A stretch of DNA of 64,000 nt, from positions 22,134,001-22,198,000 of the forward strand of contig OZ059895.1 of NCBI GenBank assembly GCA_964057225.1. The letters run 5' to 3'. Source of the DNA: Auanema rhodensis. Taxonomy: Eukaryota > Animalia > Nematoda. This document shows positions 28,501 through 44,300 of the stretch, piece after piece. The translations under genes and the position numbers were made by a program. Under the pieces are notes generated by a model, which worked only from the letters and a program-made list of their open reading frames with translations, was not told the DNA's origin and ran no database searches. Within the stretch, counting starts at the first letter, position 1; each line of letters begins with the position of its first letter.

Positions 28501-31500
28501 ATTCCTCATGTCCATATTAGTCTAAAAACGAATTTTTATCGATATTGGTGCATGGTAACCATGACTTTGAAATTTACGTGAACTTTAATTTATGCTAATT
28601 AAGTGTACACATGATGTGCACTTGGTATGTAACTCGCTTCACGTCAAAGATAAAGAGATGCGGTTTTCAAAATTAGATTCCCCATTTCCATATTAGTCTG
28701 AAAACAAATTTTTATTGATATTGGTGCATGGCAACCATGACTTTAAAATTTACGTGAACTTTAATTTATGCTAATTAAGTGTACACATGATGTGCACTTG
28801 GTATGTAACTCGCTTCACGTCAAAGATAAAGAGATGCGGTTTTCAAAATTAGATTCCCCATGTCCATATTAGTCTAAAAACAATTTTTTATTAATATTGG
28901 TGCATGGTAACCATGACTTTGAAATTTACGTGAACTTTAATTTATGCTAATTAAGTGTACACATGATGTGCACTTGGTATGTAACTCGCTTCACGTGAAA
29001 GATGAAGAGATGCGGTTTTCAAAATTAGATTCCTCATGTCCATATTAGTCTGAAAACAAATTTTTGTTGATATTGGTGCATGGCAACCATGACTTTAAAA
29101 TTTACGTGAACTTTAATTTATGCTAATTAAGTGTACACATGATGTGCACTTGGTATGTAACTCGCTTCACGTCAAAGATAAAGAGATGCGGTTTTCAAAA
29201 TTAGATTCCCCATGTCCATATTAGTCTAAAAACAATTTTTTATTAATATTGGTGCATGGTAACCATGACTTTGAAATTTACGTGAACTTTAATTTATGCT
29301 AATTAAGTGTACACATGATGTGCGCTTGGTATGTAACTCGCTTCACGTGAAAGATAAAGAGATGCGGTTTTCAAAATTAGATTCCCCATTTCCATATTAG
29401 TCTGAAAACAAATTTTTGTTGATATTGGTGCATGGCAACCATGACTTTAAAATTTACGTGAACTTTAATTTATGCTAATTAAGTGTACACATGATGTGCA
29501 CTTGGTATGTAACTCGCTTCACGTCAAAGATAAAGAGATGCGGTTTTCAAAATTAGATTCCCCATGTCCATATTAGTCTAAAAACAAATTTTTATTAATA
29601 TTGGTGCATGGTAACCATGACTTTGAAATTTACGTGAACTTTAATTTATGCTAATTAAGTGTACACATGATGTGCACTTGGTATGTAACTCGCTTCACGT
29701 GAAAGATGAAGAGATGCGGTTTTCAAAATTAGATTCCTCATGTCCATATTAGTCTAAAAACGAATTTTTATTGATATTGGTGCATGGTAACCATGACTTT
29801 GAAATTTACGTGAACTTTAATTTATGCTTATTAAGTGTACACGTGATGTGCACTTGGTATGTAACTCGCTTCACGTGAAAGATAAAGGGATGCGGTTTTC
29901 ATAATTAGATTCCCCATGTCCATATTAGTCTAAAAACAAATTTTTATTGATATTGGTGCATGGCAACCATGACTTTGAAATTTACGTGAACTTTAATTTA
30001 TGCTAATTAAGTGTACACATGATGTGCACTTGGTATGTAACTCGCTTCACGTCAAAGATAAAGAGATGCGGTTTTCAAAATTAGATTCCCCATGTCCATA
30101 TTAGTCTAAAAACAAATTTTTATTAATATTGGTGCATGGTAACCATGACTTTGAAATTTACGTGAACTTTAATTTATGCTAATTAAGTGTACACATGATG
30201 TGCACTTGGTATGTAACTCGCTTCACGTGAAAGATGAAGAGATGCGGTTTTCAAAATTAGATTCCTCATGTCCATATTAGTCTAAAAACGAATTTTTATT
30301 GATATTGGTGCATGGTAACCATGACTTTGAAATTTACGTGAACTTCAATTTATGCTTATTAAGTGTACACGTGATGTGCACTTGGTATGTAACTCGCTTC
30401 ACGTGAAAGATAAAGGGATGCGGTTTTCAAAATTAGATTCCCCATGTCCATATTAGTCTAAAAACAAATTTTTATTGATATTGGTGCATGGTAACCATGA
30501 CTTTGAAATTTACGTGAACTTTAATTTATGCTAATTAAGTGTACACATGATGTGCTCTTGGTATGTAACTCGCTTCACGTGAAAGATGAAGAGATGCGGT
30601 TTTCAAAATTAGATTCCCCATGTCCATATTAGTCTAAAAACAATTTTTTATTAATATTGGTGCATGGTAACCATGACTTTAAAATTTACGTGAACTTTAA
30701 TTTATGCTAATTAAGTGTACACATGATGTGCGCTTGGTATGTAACTCGCTTCACGTGAAAGATAAAGAGATGCGGTTTTCAAAATTAGATTCCCCATGTC
30801 CATATTAGTCTAAAAACAAATTTTTATCAATATTGGTGCATGGTAACCATGACTTTGAAATTTACGTGAACTTTAATTTATGCTAATTAAGTGTACACAT
30901 GATGTGCACTTGGTATGTAACTCGCTTCACGTGAAAGATGAAGAGATGCGGTTTTCAAAATTAGATTCCTCATGTCCATATTAGTCTAAAAACGAATTTT
31001 TATTGATATTGGTGCATGGTAACCATGACTTTGAAATTTACGTGAACTTTAATTTATGCTTATTAAGTGTACACGTGATGTGCACTTGGTATGTAACTCG
31101 CTTCACGTGAAAGATAAAGGGATGCGGTTTTCAAAATTAGATTCCCCATGTCCATATTAGTCTAAAAACAAATTTTTATTGATATTGGTGCATGGTAACC
31201 ATGACTTTGAAATTTACGTGAACTTTAATTTATGCTAATTAAGTGTACACATGATGTGCGCTTGGTATGTAACTCGCTTCACGTGAAAGATAAAGAGATG
31301 CGGTTTTCAAAATTAGATTCCCCATTTCCATATTAGTCTAAAAACAAATTTTTATTGATATTGGTGCATGGCAACGATGACTTTAAAATTTACGTGAACT
31401 TTAATTTATGCTAATTAAGTGTACACATGATGTGCACTTGGTATGTAACTCGCTTCACGTCAAAGATAAAGAGATGCGGTTTTCAAAATTAGATTCCCCA

Positions 31501-34500
31501 TGTCCATATTAGTCTAAAAACAAATTTTTAGTAATATTGGTGCATGGTAACCATGACTTTGAAATTTACGTGAACTTTAATTTATGCTTATTAAGTGTAC
31601 ACGTGATGTGCACTTGGTATGTAACTCGCTTCACGTGAAAGATGAAGAGATGCGGTTTTCAAAATTAGATTCCTCATGTCCATATTAGTCTAAAAACGAA
31701 TTTTTATCGATATTGGTGCATGGTAACCATGACTTTGAAATTTACGTGAACTTTAATTTATGCTAATTAAGTGTACACATGATGTGCGCTTGGTATGTAA
31801 CTCGCTTCACGTGAAAGATAAAGAGATGCGGTTTTCAAAATTAGATTCATCATTTCCATATTAGTCTAAAAACAAATTTTTATTGATATTGGTGCATGGC
31901 AACCATGACTTTAAAATTTACGTGAACTTTAATTTATGCTAATTAAGTGTACACATGATGTGCACTTGGTATGTAACTCGCTTCACGTCAAAGATAAAGA
32001 GATGCGGTTTTCAAAATTAGATTCCCCATGTCCATATTAGTCTAAAAACAAATTTTTATTAATATTGGTGCATGGTAACCATGACTTTGAAATTTACGTG
32101 AACTTTAATTTATGCTAATTAAGTGTACACATGATGTGCACTTGGTATGTAACTCGCTTCACGTCAAAGATGAAGAGATGCGGTTTTCAAAATTAGATTC
32201 CTCATCTCCATATTAGTCTAAAAACGAATTTTTATTGATATTGGTGCATGGTAACCATGACTTTGAAATTTACGTGAACTTTAATTTATGCTAATTAAGT
32301 GTACACATGATGTGCACTTGGTATGTAACTCGCTTCACGTGAAAGATGAAGAGATGCGGTTTTCAAAATTAGATTCCTCATGTCCATATTAGTCCAAAAA
32401 CGAATTTTTATTGATATTGGTGCATGGTAACCATGACTTTGAAATTTACGTGAACTTTAATTTATGCTTATTAAGTGTACACGTGATGTGCACTTGGTAT
32501 GTAACTCGCTTCACGTGAAAGATAAAGGGATGCGGTTTTCAAAATTAGATTCCCCATGTCCATATTAGTCTAAAAACAAATTTTTATTGATATTGGTGCA
32601 TGGTAACCATGACTTTGAAATTTACGTGAACTTTAATTTATGCTAATTAAGTGTACACATGATGTGCTCTTGGTATGTAACTCGCTTCACGTGAAAGATG
32701 AAGAGATGCGGTTTTCAAAATTAGATTCCCCATTTCCATGTTAGTCTAAAAACAAATTTTTATTGATATTGGTGCATGGCAACCATGACTTTAAAATTTA
32801 CGTGAACTTTAATTTATGCTAATTAAGTGTACACATGATGTGCATTTGGTATGTAACTCGCTTCACGTCAAAGATAAAGAGATGCGGTTTTCAAAATTAG
32901 ATTCCCCATGTCCATATTAGTCTAAAAACAATTTTTTATTAATATTGGTGCATGGTAACCATGACTTTGAAATTTACGTGAACTTTAATTTATGCTAATT
33001 AAGTGTACACATGATGTGCACTTGGTATGTAACTCGCTTCACGTGAAAGATGAAGAGATGCGGTTTTCAAAATTAGATTCCTCATGTCCATATTAGTCTG
33101 AAAACAAATTTTTGTTGATATTGGTGCATGGCAACCATGACTTTAAAATTTACGTGAACTTTAATTTATGCTAATTAAGTGTACACATGATGTGCACTTG
33201 GTATGTAACTCGCTTCACGTCAAAGATAAAGAGATGCGGTTTTCAAAATTAGATTCCCCATGTCCATATTAGTCTAAAAACAATTTTTGATTAATATTGG
33301 TGCATGGTAACCATGACTTTGAAATTTACGTGAACTTTAATTTATGCTAATTAAGTGTACACATGATGTGCGCTTGGTATGTAACTCGCTTCACGTGAAA
33401 GATAAAGAGATGCGGTTTTCAAAATTAGATTCCCCATTTCCATATTAGTCTGAAAACAAATTTTTGTTGATATTGGTGCATGGCAACCATGACTTTAAAA
33501 TTTACGTGAACTTTAATTTATGCTAATTAAGTGTACACATGATGTGCACTTGGTATGTAACTCGCTTCACGTCAAAGATAAAGAGATGCGGTTTTCAAAA
33601 TTAGATTCCCCATGTCCATATTAGTCTAAAAACAAATTTTTATTAATATTGGTGCATGGTAACCATGACTTTGAAATTTACGTGAACTTTAATTTATGCT
33701 AATTAAGTGTACACATGATGTGCACTTGGTATGTAACTCGCTTCACGTGAAAGATGAAGAGATGCGGTTTTCAAAATTAGATTCCTCATGTCCATATTAG
33801 TCTAAAAACGAATTTTTATTGATATTGGTGCATGGTAACCATGACTTTGAAATTTACGTGAACTTTAATTTATGCTTATTAAGTGTACACGTGATGTGCA
33901 CTTGGTATGTAACTCGCTTCACGTGAAAGATAAAGGGATGCGGTTTTCAAAATTAGATTCCCCATGTCCATATTAGTCTAAAAACAAATTTTTATTGATA
34001 TTGGTGCATGGCAACCATGACTTTGAAATTTACGTGAACTTTAATTTATGCTAATTAAGTGTACACATGATGTGCACTTGGTATGTAACTCGCTTCACGT
34101 GAAAGATGAAGAGATGCGGTTTTCAAAATTAGATTCCTCATGTCCATATTAGTCTAAAAACGAATTTTTATCGATATTGGTGCATGGTAACCATGACTTT
34201 GAAATTTACGTGAACTTTAATTTATGCTAATTAAGTGTACACATGATGTGCACTTGGTATGTAACTCGCTTCACGTCAAAGATAAAGAGATGCGGTTTTC
34301 AAAATTAGATTCCCCATTTCCATATTAGTCTGAAAACAAATTTTTATTGATATTGGTGCATGGCAACCATGACTTTAAAATTTACGTGAACTTTAATTTA
34401 TGCTAATTAAGTGTACACATGATGTGCACTTGGTATGTAACTCGCTTCACGTCAAAGATAAAGAGATGCGGTTTTCAAAATTAGATTCCCCATGTCCATA

Positions 34501-36891
34501 TTAGTCTAAAAACAATTTTTTATTAATATTGGTGCATGGTAACCATGACTTTGAAATTTACGTGAACTTTAATTTATGCTAATTAAGTGTACACATGATG
34601 TGCACTTGGTATGTAACTCGCTTCACGTGAAAGATGAAGAGATGCGGTTTTCAAAATTAGATTCCTCATGTCCATATTAGTCTGAAAACAAATTTTTGTT
34701 GATATTGGTGCATGGCAACCATGACTTTAAAATTTACGTGAACTTTAATTTATGCTAATTAAGTGTACACATGATGTGCACTTGGTATGTAACTCGCTTC
34801 ACGTCAAAGATAAAGAGATGCGGTTTTCAAAATTAGATTCCCCATGTCCATATTAGTCTAAAAACAATTTTTTATTAATATTGGTGCATGGTAACCATGA
34901 CTTTGAAATTTACGTGAACTTTAATTTATGCTAATTAAGTGTACACATGATGTGCGCTTGGTATGTAACTCGCTTCACGTGAAAGATAAAGAGATGCGGT
35001 TTTCAAAATTAGATTCCCCATTTCCATATTAGTCTGAAAACAAATTTTTGTTGATATTGGTGCATGGCAACCATGACTTTAAAATTTACGTGAACTTTAA
35101 TTTATGCTAATTAAGTGTACACATGATGTGCACTTGGTATGTAACTCGCTTCACGTCAAAGATAAAGAGATGCGGTTTTCAAAATTAGATTCCCCATGTC
35201 CATATTAGTCTAAAAACAAATTTTTATTAATATTGGTGCATGGTAACCATGACTTTGAAATTTACGTGAACTTTAATTTATGCTAATTAAGTGTACACAT
35301 GATGTGCACTTGGTATGTAACTCGCTTCACGTGAAAGATGAAGAGATGCGGTTTTCAAAATTAGATTCCTCATGTCCATATTAGTCTAAAAACGAATTTT
35401 TATTGATATTGGTGCATGGTAACCATGACTTTGAAATTTACGTGAACTTTAATTTATGCTTATTAAGTGTACACGTGATGTGCACTTGGTATGTAACTCG
35501 CTTCACGTGAAAGATAAAGGGATGCGGTTTTCATAATTAGATTCCCCATGTCCATATTAGTCTAAAAACAAATTTTTATTGATATTGGTGCATGGCAACC
35601 ATGACTTTGAAATTTACGTGAACTTTAATTTATGCTAATTAAGTGTACACATGATGTGCACTTGGTATGTAACTCGCTTCACGTCAAAGATAAAGAGATG
35701 CGGTTTTCAAAATTAGATTCCCCATGTCCATATTAGTCTAAAAACAAATTTTTATTAATATTGGTGCATGGTAACCATGACTTTGAAATTTACGTGAACT
35801 TTAATTTATGCTAATTAAGTGTACACATGATGTGCACTTGGTATGTAACTCGCTTCACGTGAAAGATGAAGAGATGCGGTTTTCAAAATTAGATTCCTCA
35901 TGTCCATATTAGTCTAAAAACGAATTTTTATTGATATTGGTGCATGGTAACCATGACTTTGAAATTTACGTGAACTTCAATTTATGCTTATTAAGTGTAC
36001 ACGTGATGTGCACTTGGTATGTAACTCGCTTCACGTGAAAGATAAAGGGATGCGGTTTTCAAAATTAGATTCCCCATGTCCATATTAGTCTAAAAACAAA
36101 TTTTTATTGATATTGGTGCATGGTAACCATGACTTTGAAATTTACGTGAACTTTAATTTATGCTAATTAAGTGTACACATGATGTGCTCTTGGTATGTAA
36201 CTCGCTTCACGTGAAAGATGAAGAGATGCGGTTTTCAAAATTAGATTCCCCATGTCCATATTAGTCTAAAAACAATTTTTTATTAATATTGGTGCATGGT
36301 AACCATGACTTTAAAATTTACGTGAACTTTAATTTATGCTAATTAAGTGTACACATGATGTGCGCTTGGTATGTAACTCGCTTCACGTGAAAGATAAAGA
36401 GATGCGGTTTTCAAAATTAGATTCCCCATGTCCATATTAGTCTAAAAACAAATTTTTATCAATATTGGTGCATGGTAACCATGACTTTGAAATTTACGTG
36501 AACTTTAATTTATGCTAATTAAGTGTACACATGATGTGCACTTGGTATGTAACTCGCTTCACGTGAAAGATGAAGAGATGCGGTTTTCAAAATTAGATTC
36601 CTCATGTCCATATTAGTCTAAAAACGAATTTTTATTGATATTGGTGCATGGTAACCATGACTTTGAAATTTACGTGAACTTTAATTTATGCTTATTAAGT
36701 GTACACGTGATGTGCACTTGGTATGTAACTCGCTTCACGTGAAAGATAAAGGGATGCGGTTTTCAAAATTAGATTCCCCATGTCCATATTAGTCTAAAAA
36801 CAAATTTTTATTGATATTGGTGCATGGTAACCATGACTTTGAAATTTACGTGAACTTTAATTTATGCTAATTAAGTGTACACATGATGTGC
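25525..36891 (+). repeat. Tandem 32-monomer duplication (5632 bp unit), apparently identical copies
   Basis: Rare SNPs pair at exactly +5632: 25744/31376, 25899/31531, 26217/31849, about 26574/32206, about 26763/32395, 29902/35534, 30346/35978. Confidence 0.93.
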
Positions 36892-37587
36892 ACTTGGTAT
36901 GTAACTCGCTTCACGTGAAAGATGAAGAGATGCGGTTTTCAAAATTAGATTCCTCATGTCCATATTAGTCTAAAAACGAATTTTTATCGATATTGGTGCA
37001 TGGTAACCATGACTTTGAAATTTACGTGAACTTTAATTTATGCTTATTAAGTGTACACGTGATGTGCACTTGGTATGTAACTCGCTTCACGTGAACGATA
37101 AAGGGATGCGGTTTTCAAAATTAGATTCCTCATGTCCATATTAGTCTAAAAACGAATTTTTATTGATATTGGTGCATGGTAACCATGACTTTGAAATTTA
37201 CGTGAACTTTAATTTATGCTAATTAAGTGTACACATGATGTGCACTTGGTATGTAACTCGCTTCACGTGAAAGATGAAGAGATGCGGTTTTCAAAATTAG
37301 ATTCCTCATGTTCATATTAGTCTAAAAACGAATTTTTATCGATATTGGTGCATGGTAACCATGACTTTGAAATTTACGTGAACTTTAATTTATGCTTATT
37401 AAGTGTACACATGATGTGCACTTGGTATGTAACTCGCTTCACGTGAAAGATGAAGAGATGCGGTTTTCAAAATTAGATTCCTCATGTCCATATTAGTCTA
37501 AAAACGAATTTTTATTGATATTGGTGCATGGTAACCATGACTTTGAAATTTACGTGAACTTTAATTTATGCTTATTAAGTGTACACG

Positions 37588-40500
37588 TGATGTGCACTTG
37601 GTATGTAACTCGCTTCACGTGAAAGATGAAGAGATGCGGTTTTCAAAATTAGATTCCTCATGTCCATATTAGTCTAAAAACGAATTTTTATTGATATTGG
37701 TGCATGGTAACCATGACTTTGAAATTTACGTGAACTTTAATTTATGCTTATTAAGTGTACACGTGATGTGCACTTGGTATGTAACTCGCTTCACGTGAAA
37801 GATAAAGGGATGCGGTTTTCAAAATTAGATTCCCCATGTCCATATTAGTCTAAAAACAAATTTTTATTGATATTGGTGCATGGTAACCATGACTTTGAAA
37901 TTTACGTGAACTTTAATTTATGCTAATTAAGTGTACACATGATGTGCACTTGGTATGTAACTCGCTTCACGTGAAAGATGAAGAGATGCGGTTTTCAAAA
38001 TTAGATTCCTCATGTCCATATTAGTCTAAAAACGAATTTTTATTGATATTGGTGCATGGTAACCATGACTTTGAAATTTACGTGAACTTTAATTTATGCT
38101 AATTAAGTGTACACATGATGTGCACTTGGTATGTAACTCGCTTCACGTGAAAGATGAAGAGATGCGGTTTTCAAAATTAGATTCCTCATGTTCATATTAG
38201 TCTAAAAACGAATTTTTATCGATATTGGTGCATGGTAACCATGACTTTGAAATTTACGTGAACTTTAATTTATGCTTATTAAGTGTACACATGATGTGCA
38301 CTTGGTATGTAACTCGCTTCACGTGAAAGATGAAGAGATGCGGTTTTCAAAATTAGATTCCTCATGTCCATATTAGTCTAAAAACGAATTTTTATTGATA
38401 TTGGTGCATGGTAACCATGACTTTGAAATTTACGTGAACTTTAATTTATGCTAATTAAGTGTACACATGATGTGCACTTGGTATGTAACTCGCTTCACGT
38501 GAAAGATGAAGAGATGCGGTTTTCAAAATTAGATTCCCCATGTCCATATTAGTCTAAAAACAATTTTTTATTAATATTGGTGCATGGTAACCATGACTTT
38601 GAAATTTACGTGAACTTTAATTTATGCTAATTAAGTGTACACATGATGTGCACTTGGTATGTAACTCGCTTCACGTGAAAGATGAAGAGATGCGGTTTTC
38701 AAAATTAGATTCCTCATGTTCATATTAGTCTAAAAACGAATTTTTATCGATATTGGTGCATGGTAACCATGACTTTGAAATTTACGTGAACTTTAATTTA
38801 TGCTTATTAAGTGTACACATGATGTGCACTTGGTATGTAACTCGCTTCACGTGAAAGATGAAGAGATGCGGTTTTCAAAATTAGATTCCTCATGTTCATA
38901 TTAGTCTAAAAACGAATTTTTATCGATATTGGTGCATGGTAACCATGACTTTGAAATTTACGTGAACTTTAATTTATGCTAATTAAGTGTACACATGATG
39001 TGCACTTGGTATGTAACTCGCTTCACGTGAAAGATGAAGAGATGCGGTTTTCAAAATTAGATTCCTCATGTCCATATTAGTCTGAAAACAAATTTTTGTT
39101 GATATTGGTGCATGGCAACCATGACTTTAAAATTTACGTGAACTTTAATTTATGCTAATTAAGTGTACACATGATGTGCACTTGGTATGTAACTCGCTTC
39201 ACGTCAAAGATAAAGAGATGCGGTTTTCAAAATTAGATTCCCCATGTCCATATTAGTCTAAAAACAATTTTTGATTAATATTGGTGCATGGTAACCATGA
39301 CTTTGAAATTTACGTGAACTTTAATTTATGCTAATTAAGTGTACACATGATGTGCGCTTGGTATGTAACTCGCTTCACGTGAAAGATAAAGGGATGCGGT
39401 TTTCAAAATTAGATTCCCCATGTCCATATTAGTCTAAAAACAAATTTTTATTGATATTGGTGCATGGTAACCATGACTTTGAAATTTACGTGAACTTTAA
39501 TTTATGCTAATTAAGTGTACACATGATGTGCACTTGGTATGTAACTCGCTTCACGTGAAAGATGAAGAGATGCGGTTTTCAAAATTAGATTCCTCATGTC
39601 CATATTAGTCTAAAAACGAATTTTTATTGATATTGGTGCATGGTAACCATGACTTTGAAATTTACGTGAACTTTAATTTATGCTTATTAAGTGTACACGT
39701 GATGTGCACTTGGTATGTAACTCGCTTCACGTGAAAGATAAAGGGATGCGGTTTTCAAAATTAGATTCCCCATGTCCATATTAGTCTAAAAACAAATTTT
39801 TATTGATATTGGTGCATGGTAACCATGACTTTGAAATTTACGTGAACTTTAATTTATGCTAATTAAGTGTACACATGATGTGCACTTGGTATGTAACTCG
39901 CTTCACGTGAAAGATGAAGAGATGCGGTTTTCAAAATTAGATTCCTCATGTCCATATTAGTCTAAAAACGAATTTTTATTGATATTGGTGCATGGTAACC
40001 ATGACTTTGAAATTTACGTGAACTTTAATTTATGCTAATTAAGTGTACACATGATGTGCACTTGGTATGTAACTCGCTTCACGTGAAAGATGAAGAGATG
40101 CGGTTTTCAAAATTAGATTCCTCATGTTCATATTAGTCTAAAAACGAATTTTTATCGATATTGGTGCATGGTAACCATGACTTTGAAATTTACGTGAACT
40201 TTAATTTATGCTTATTAAGTGTACACATGATGTGCACTTGGTATGTAACTCGCTTCACGTGAAAGATGAAGAGATGCGGTTTTCAAAATTAGATTCCTCA
40301 TGTCCATATTAGTCTAAAAACGAATTTTTATTGATATTGGTGCATGGTAACCATGACTTTGAAATTTACGTGAACTTTAATTTATGCTAATTAAGTGTAC
40401 ACATGATGTGCACTTGGTATGTAACTCGCTTCACGTGAAAGATGAAGAGATGCGGTTTTCAAAATTAGATTCCCCATGTCCATATTAGTCTAAAAACAAT

Positions 40501-41327
40501 TTTTTATTAATATTGGTGCATGGTAACCATGACTTTGAAATTTACGTGAACTTTAATTTATGCTAATTAAGTGTACACATGATGTGCACTTGGTATGTAA
40601 CTCGCTTCACGTGAAAGATGAAGAGATGCGGTTTTCAAAATTAGATTCCTCATGTTCATATTAGTCTAAAAACGAATTTTTATCGATATTGGTGCATGGT
40701 AACCATGACTTTGAAATTTACGTGAACTTTAATTTATGCTTATTAAGTGTACACATGATGTGCACTTGGTATGTAACTCGCTTCACGTGAAAGATGAAGA
40801 GATGCGGTTTTCAAAATTAGATTCCTCATGTTCATATTAGTCTAAAAACGAATTTTTATCGATATTGGTGCATGGTAACCATGACTTTGAAATTTACGTG
40901 AACTTTAATTTATGCTAATTAAGTGTACACATGATGTGCACTTGGTATGTAACTCGCTTCACGTGAAAGATGAAGAGATGCGGTTTTCAAAATTAGATTC
41001 CTCATGTCCATATTAGTCTGAAAACAAATTTTTGTTGATATTGGTGCATGGCAACCATGACTTTAAAATTTACGTGAACTTTAATTTATGCTAATTAAGT
41101 GTACACATGATGTGCACTTGGTATGTAACTCGCTTCACGTCAAAGATAAAGAGATGCGGTTTTCAAAATTAGATTCCCCATGTCCATATTAGTCTAAAAA
41201 CAATTTTTGATTAATATTGGTGCATGGTAACCATGACTTTGAAATTTACGTGAACTTTAATTTATGCTAATTAAGTGTACACATGATGTGCGCTTGGTAT
41301 GTAACTCGCTTCACGTGAAAGATAAAG
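37588..41327 (+). repeat. Near-tandem 11-monomer-offset duplication (1936 bp)
   Basis: TCTGAAAA 39084/41020, TTTTGATTAAT about 39273/41209, and the same run of three ATGTTCAT variants in both copies. Confidence 0.85.
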
Positions 41328-44300
41328 AGATGCGGTTTTCAAAATTAGATTCCCCATTTCCATATTAGTCTGAAAACAAATTTTTGTTGATATTGGTGCA
41401 TGGCAACCATGACTTTAAAATTTACGTGAACTTTAATTTATGCTAATTAAGTGTACACATGATGTGCACTTGGTATGTAACTCGCTTCACGTCAAAGATA
41501 AAGAGATGCGGTTTTCAAAATTAGATTCCCCATGTCCATATTAGTCTAAAAACAAATTTTTATTAATATTGGTGCATGGTAACCATGACTTTGAAATTTA
41601 CGTGAACTTTAATTTATGCTAATTAAGTGTACACATGATGTGCACTTGGTATGTAACTCGCTTCACGTGAAAGATGAAGAGATGCGGTTTTCAAAATTAG
41701 ATTCCTCATGTCCATATTAGTCTAAAAACGAATTTTTATTGATATTGGTGCATGGTAACCATGACTTTGAAATTTACGTGAACTTTAATTTATGCTTATT
41801 AAGTGTACACGTGATGTGCACTTGGTATGTAACTCGCTTCACGTGAAAGATAAAGGGATGCGGTTTTCAAAATTAGATTCCCCATGTCCATATTAGTCTA
41901 AAAACAAATTTTTATTGATATTGGTGCATGGCAACCATGACTTTGAAATTTACGTGAACTTTAATTTATGCTAATTAAGTGTACACATGATGTGCACTTG
42001 GTATGTAACTCGCTTCACGTGAAAGATGAAGAGATGCGGTTTTCAAAATTAGATTCCTCATGTCCATATTAGTCTAAAAACGAATTTTTATCGATATTGG
42101 TGCATGGTAACCATGACTTTGAAATTTACGTGAACTTTAATTTATGCTAATTAAGTGTACACATGATGTGCACTTGGTATGTAACTCGCTTCACGTGAAA
42201 GATAAAGAGATGCGGTTTTCAAAATTAGATTCCCCATTTCCATATTAGTCTGAAAACAAATTTTTGTTGATATTGGTGCATGGCAACCATGACTTTAAAA
42301 TTTACGTGAACTTTAATTTATGCTAATTAAGTGTACACATGATGTGCACTTGGTATGTAACTCGCTTCACGTCAAAGATAAAGAGATGCGGTTTTCAAAA
42401 TTAGATTCCCCATGTCCATATTAGTCTAAAAACAAATTTTTATTAATATTGGTGCATGGTAACCATGACTTTGAAATTTACGTGAACTTTAATTTATGCT
42501 AATTAAGTGTACACATGATGTGCACTTGGTATGTAACTCGCTTCACGTGAAAGATGAAGAGATGCGGTTTTCAAAATTAGATTCCTCATGTCCATATTAG
42601 TCTAAAAACGAATTTTTATTGATATTGGTGCATGGTAACCATGACTTTGAAATTTACGTGAACTTTAATTTATGCTTATTAAGTGTACACGTGATGTGCA
42701 CTTGGTATGTAACTCGCTTCACGTGAAAGATAAAGGGATGCGGTTTTCAAAATTAGATTCCCCATGTCCATATTAGTCTAAAAACAAATTTTTATTGATA
42801 TTGGTGCATGGCAACCATGACTTTGAAATTTACGTGAACTTTAATTTATGCTAATTAAGTGTACACATGATGTGCACTTGGTATGTAACTCGCTTCACGT
42901 CAAAGATAAAGAGATGCGGTTTTCAAAATTAGATTCCCCATGTCCATATTAGTCTAAAAACAAATTTTTATTAATATTGGTGCATGGTAACCATGACTTT
43001 GAAATTTACGTGAACTTTAATTTATGCTAATTAAGTGTACACATGATGTGCACTTGGTATGTAACTCGCTTCACGTGAAAGATGAAGAGATGCGGTTTTC
43101 AAAATTAGATTCCTCATGTCCATATTAGTCTAAAAACGAATTTTTATTGATATTGGTGCATGGTAACCATGACTTTGAAATTTACGTGAACTTCAATTTA
43201 TGCTTATTAAGTGTACACGTGATGTGCACTTGGTATGTAACTCGCTTCACGTGAAAGATAAAGGGATGCGGTTTTCAAAATTAGATTCCCCATGTCCATA
43301 TTAGTCTAAAAACAAATTTTTATTGATATTGGTGCATGGTAACCATGACTTTGAAATTTACGTGAACTTTAATTTATGCTAATTAAGTGTACACATGATG
43401 TGCTCTTGGTATGTAACTCGCTTCACGTGAAAGATGAAGAGATGCGGTTTTCAAAATTAGATTCCCCATGTCCATATTAGTCTAAAAACAATTTTTTATT
43501 AATATTGGTGCATGGTAACCATGACTTTAAAATTTACGTGAACTTTAATTTATGCTAATTAAGTGTACACATGATGTGCACTTGTTATGTAACTCGCTTC
43601 ACGTGAAAGATGAAGAGATGCGGTTTTCAAAATTAGATTCCTCATGTCCATATTAGTCTAAAAACGAATTTTTATCGATATTGGTGCATGGTAACCATGA
43701 CTTTGAAATTTACGTGAACTTTAATTTATGCTAATTAAGTGTACACATGATGTGCGCTTGGTATGTAACTCGCTTCACGTGAAAGATAAAGAGATGCGGT
43801 TTTCAAAATTAGATTCCCCATGTCCATATTAGTCTAAAAACAAATTTTTATCAATATTGGTGCATGGTAACCATGACTTTGAAATTTACGTGAACTTTAA
43901 TTTATGCTAATTAAGTGTACACGTGATGTGCACTTGGTATGTAACTCGCTTCACGTGAAAGATAAAGGGATGCGGTTTTCAAAATTAGATTCCCCATGTC
44001 CATATTAGTCTAAAAACAAATTTTTATTGATATTGGTGCATGGTAACCATGACTTTGAAATTTACGTGAACTTTAATTTATGCTAATTAAGTGTACACAT
44101 GATGTGCACTTGGTATGTAACTCGCTTCACGTGAAAGATGAAGAGATGCGGTTTTCAAAATTAGATTCCTCATGTCCATATTAGTCTAAAAACGAATTTT
44201 TATCGATATTGGTGCATGGTAACCATGACTTTGAAATTTACGTGAACTTTAATTTATGCTTATTAAGTGTACACGTGATGTGCACTTGGTATGTAACTCG

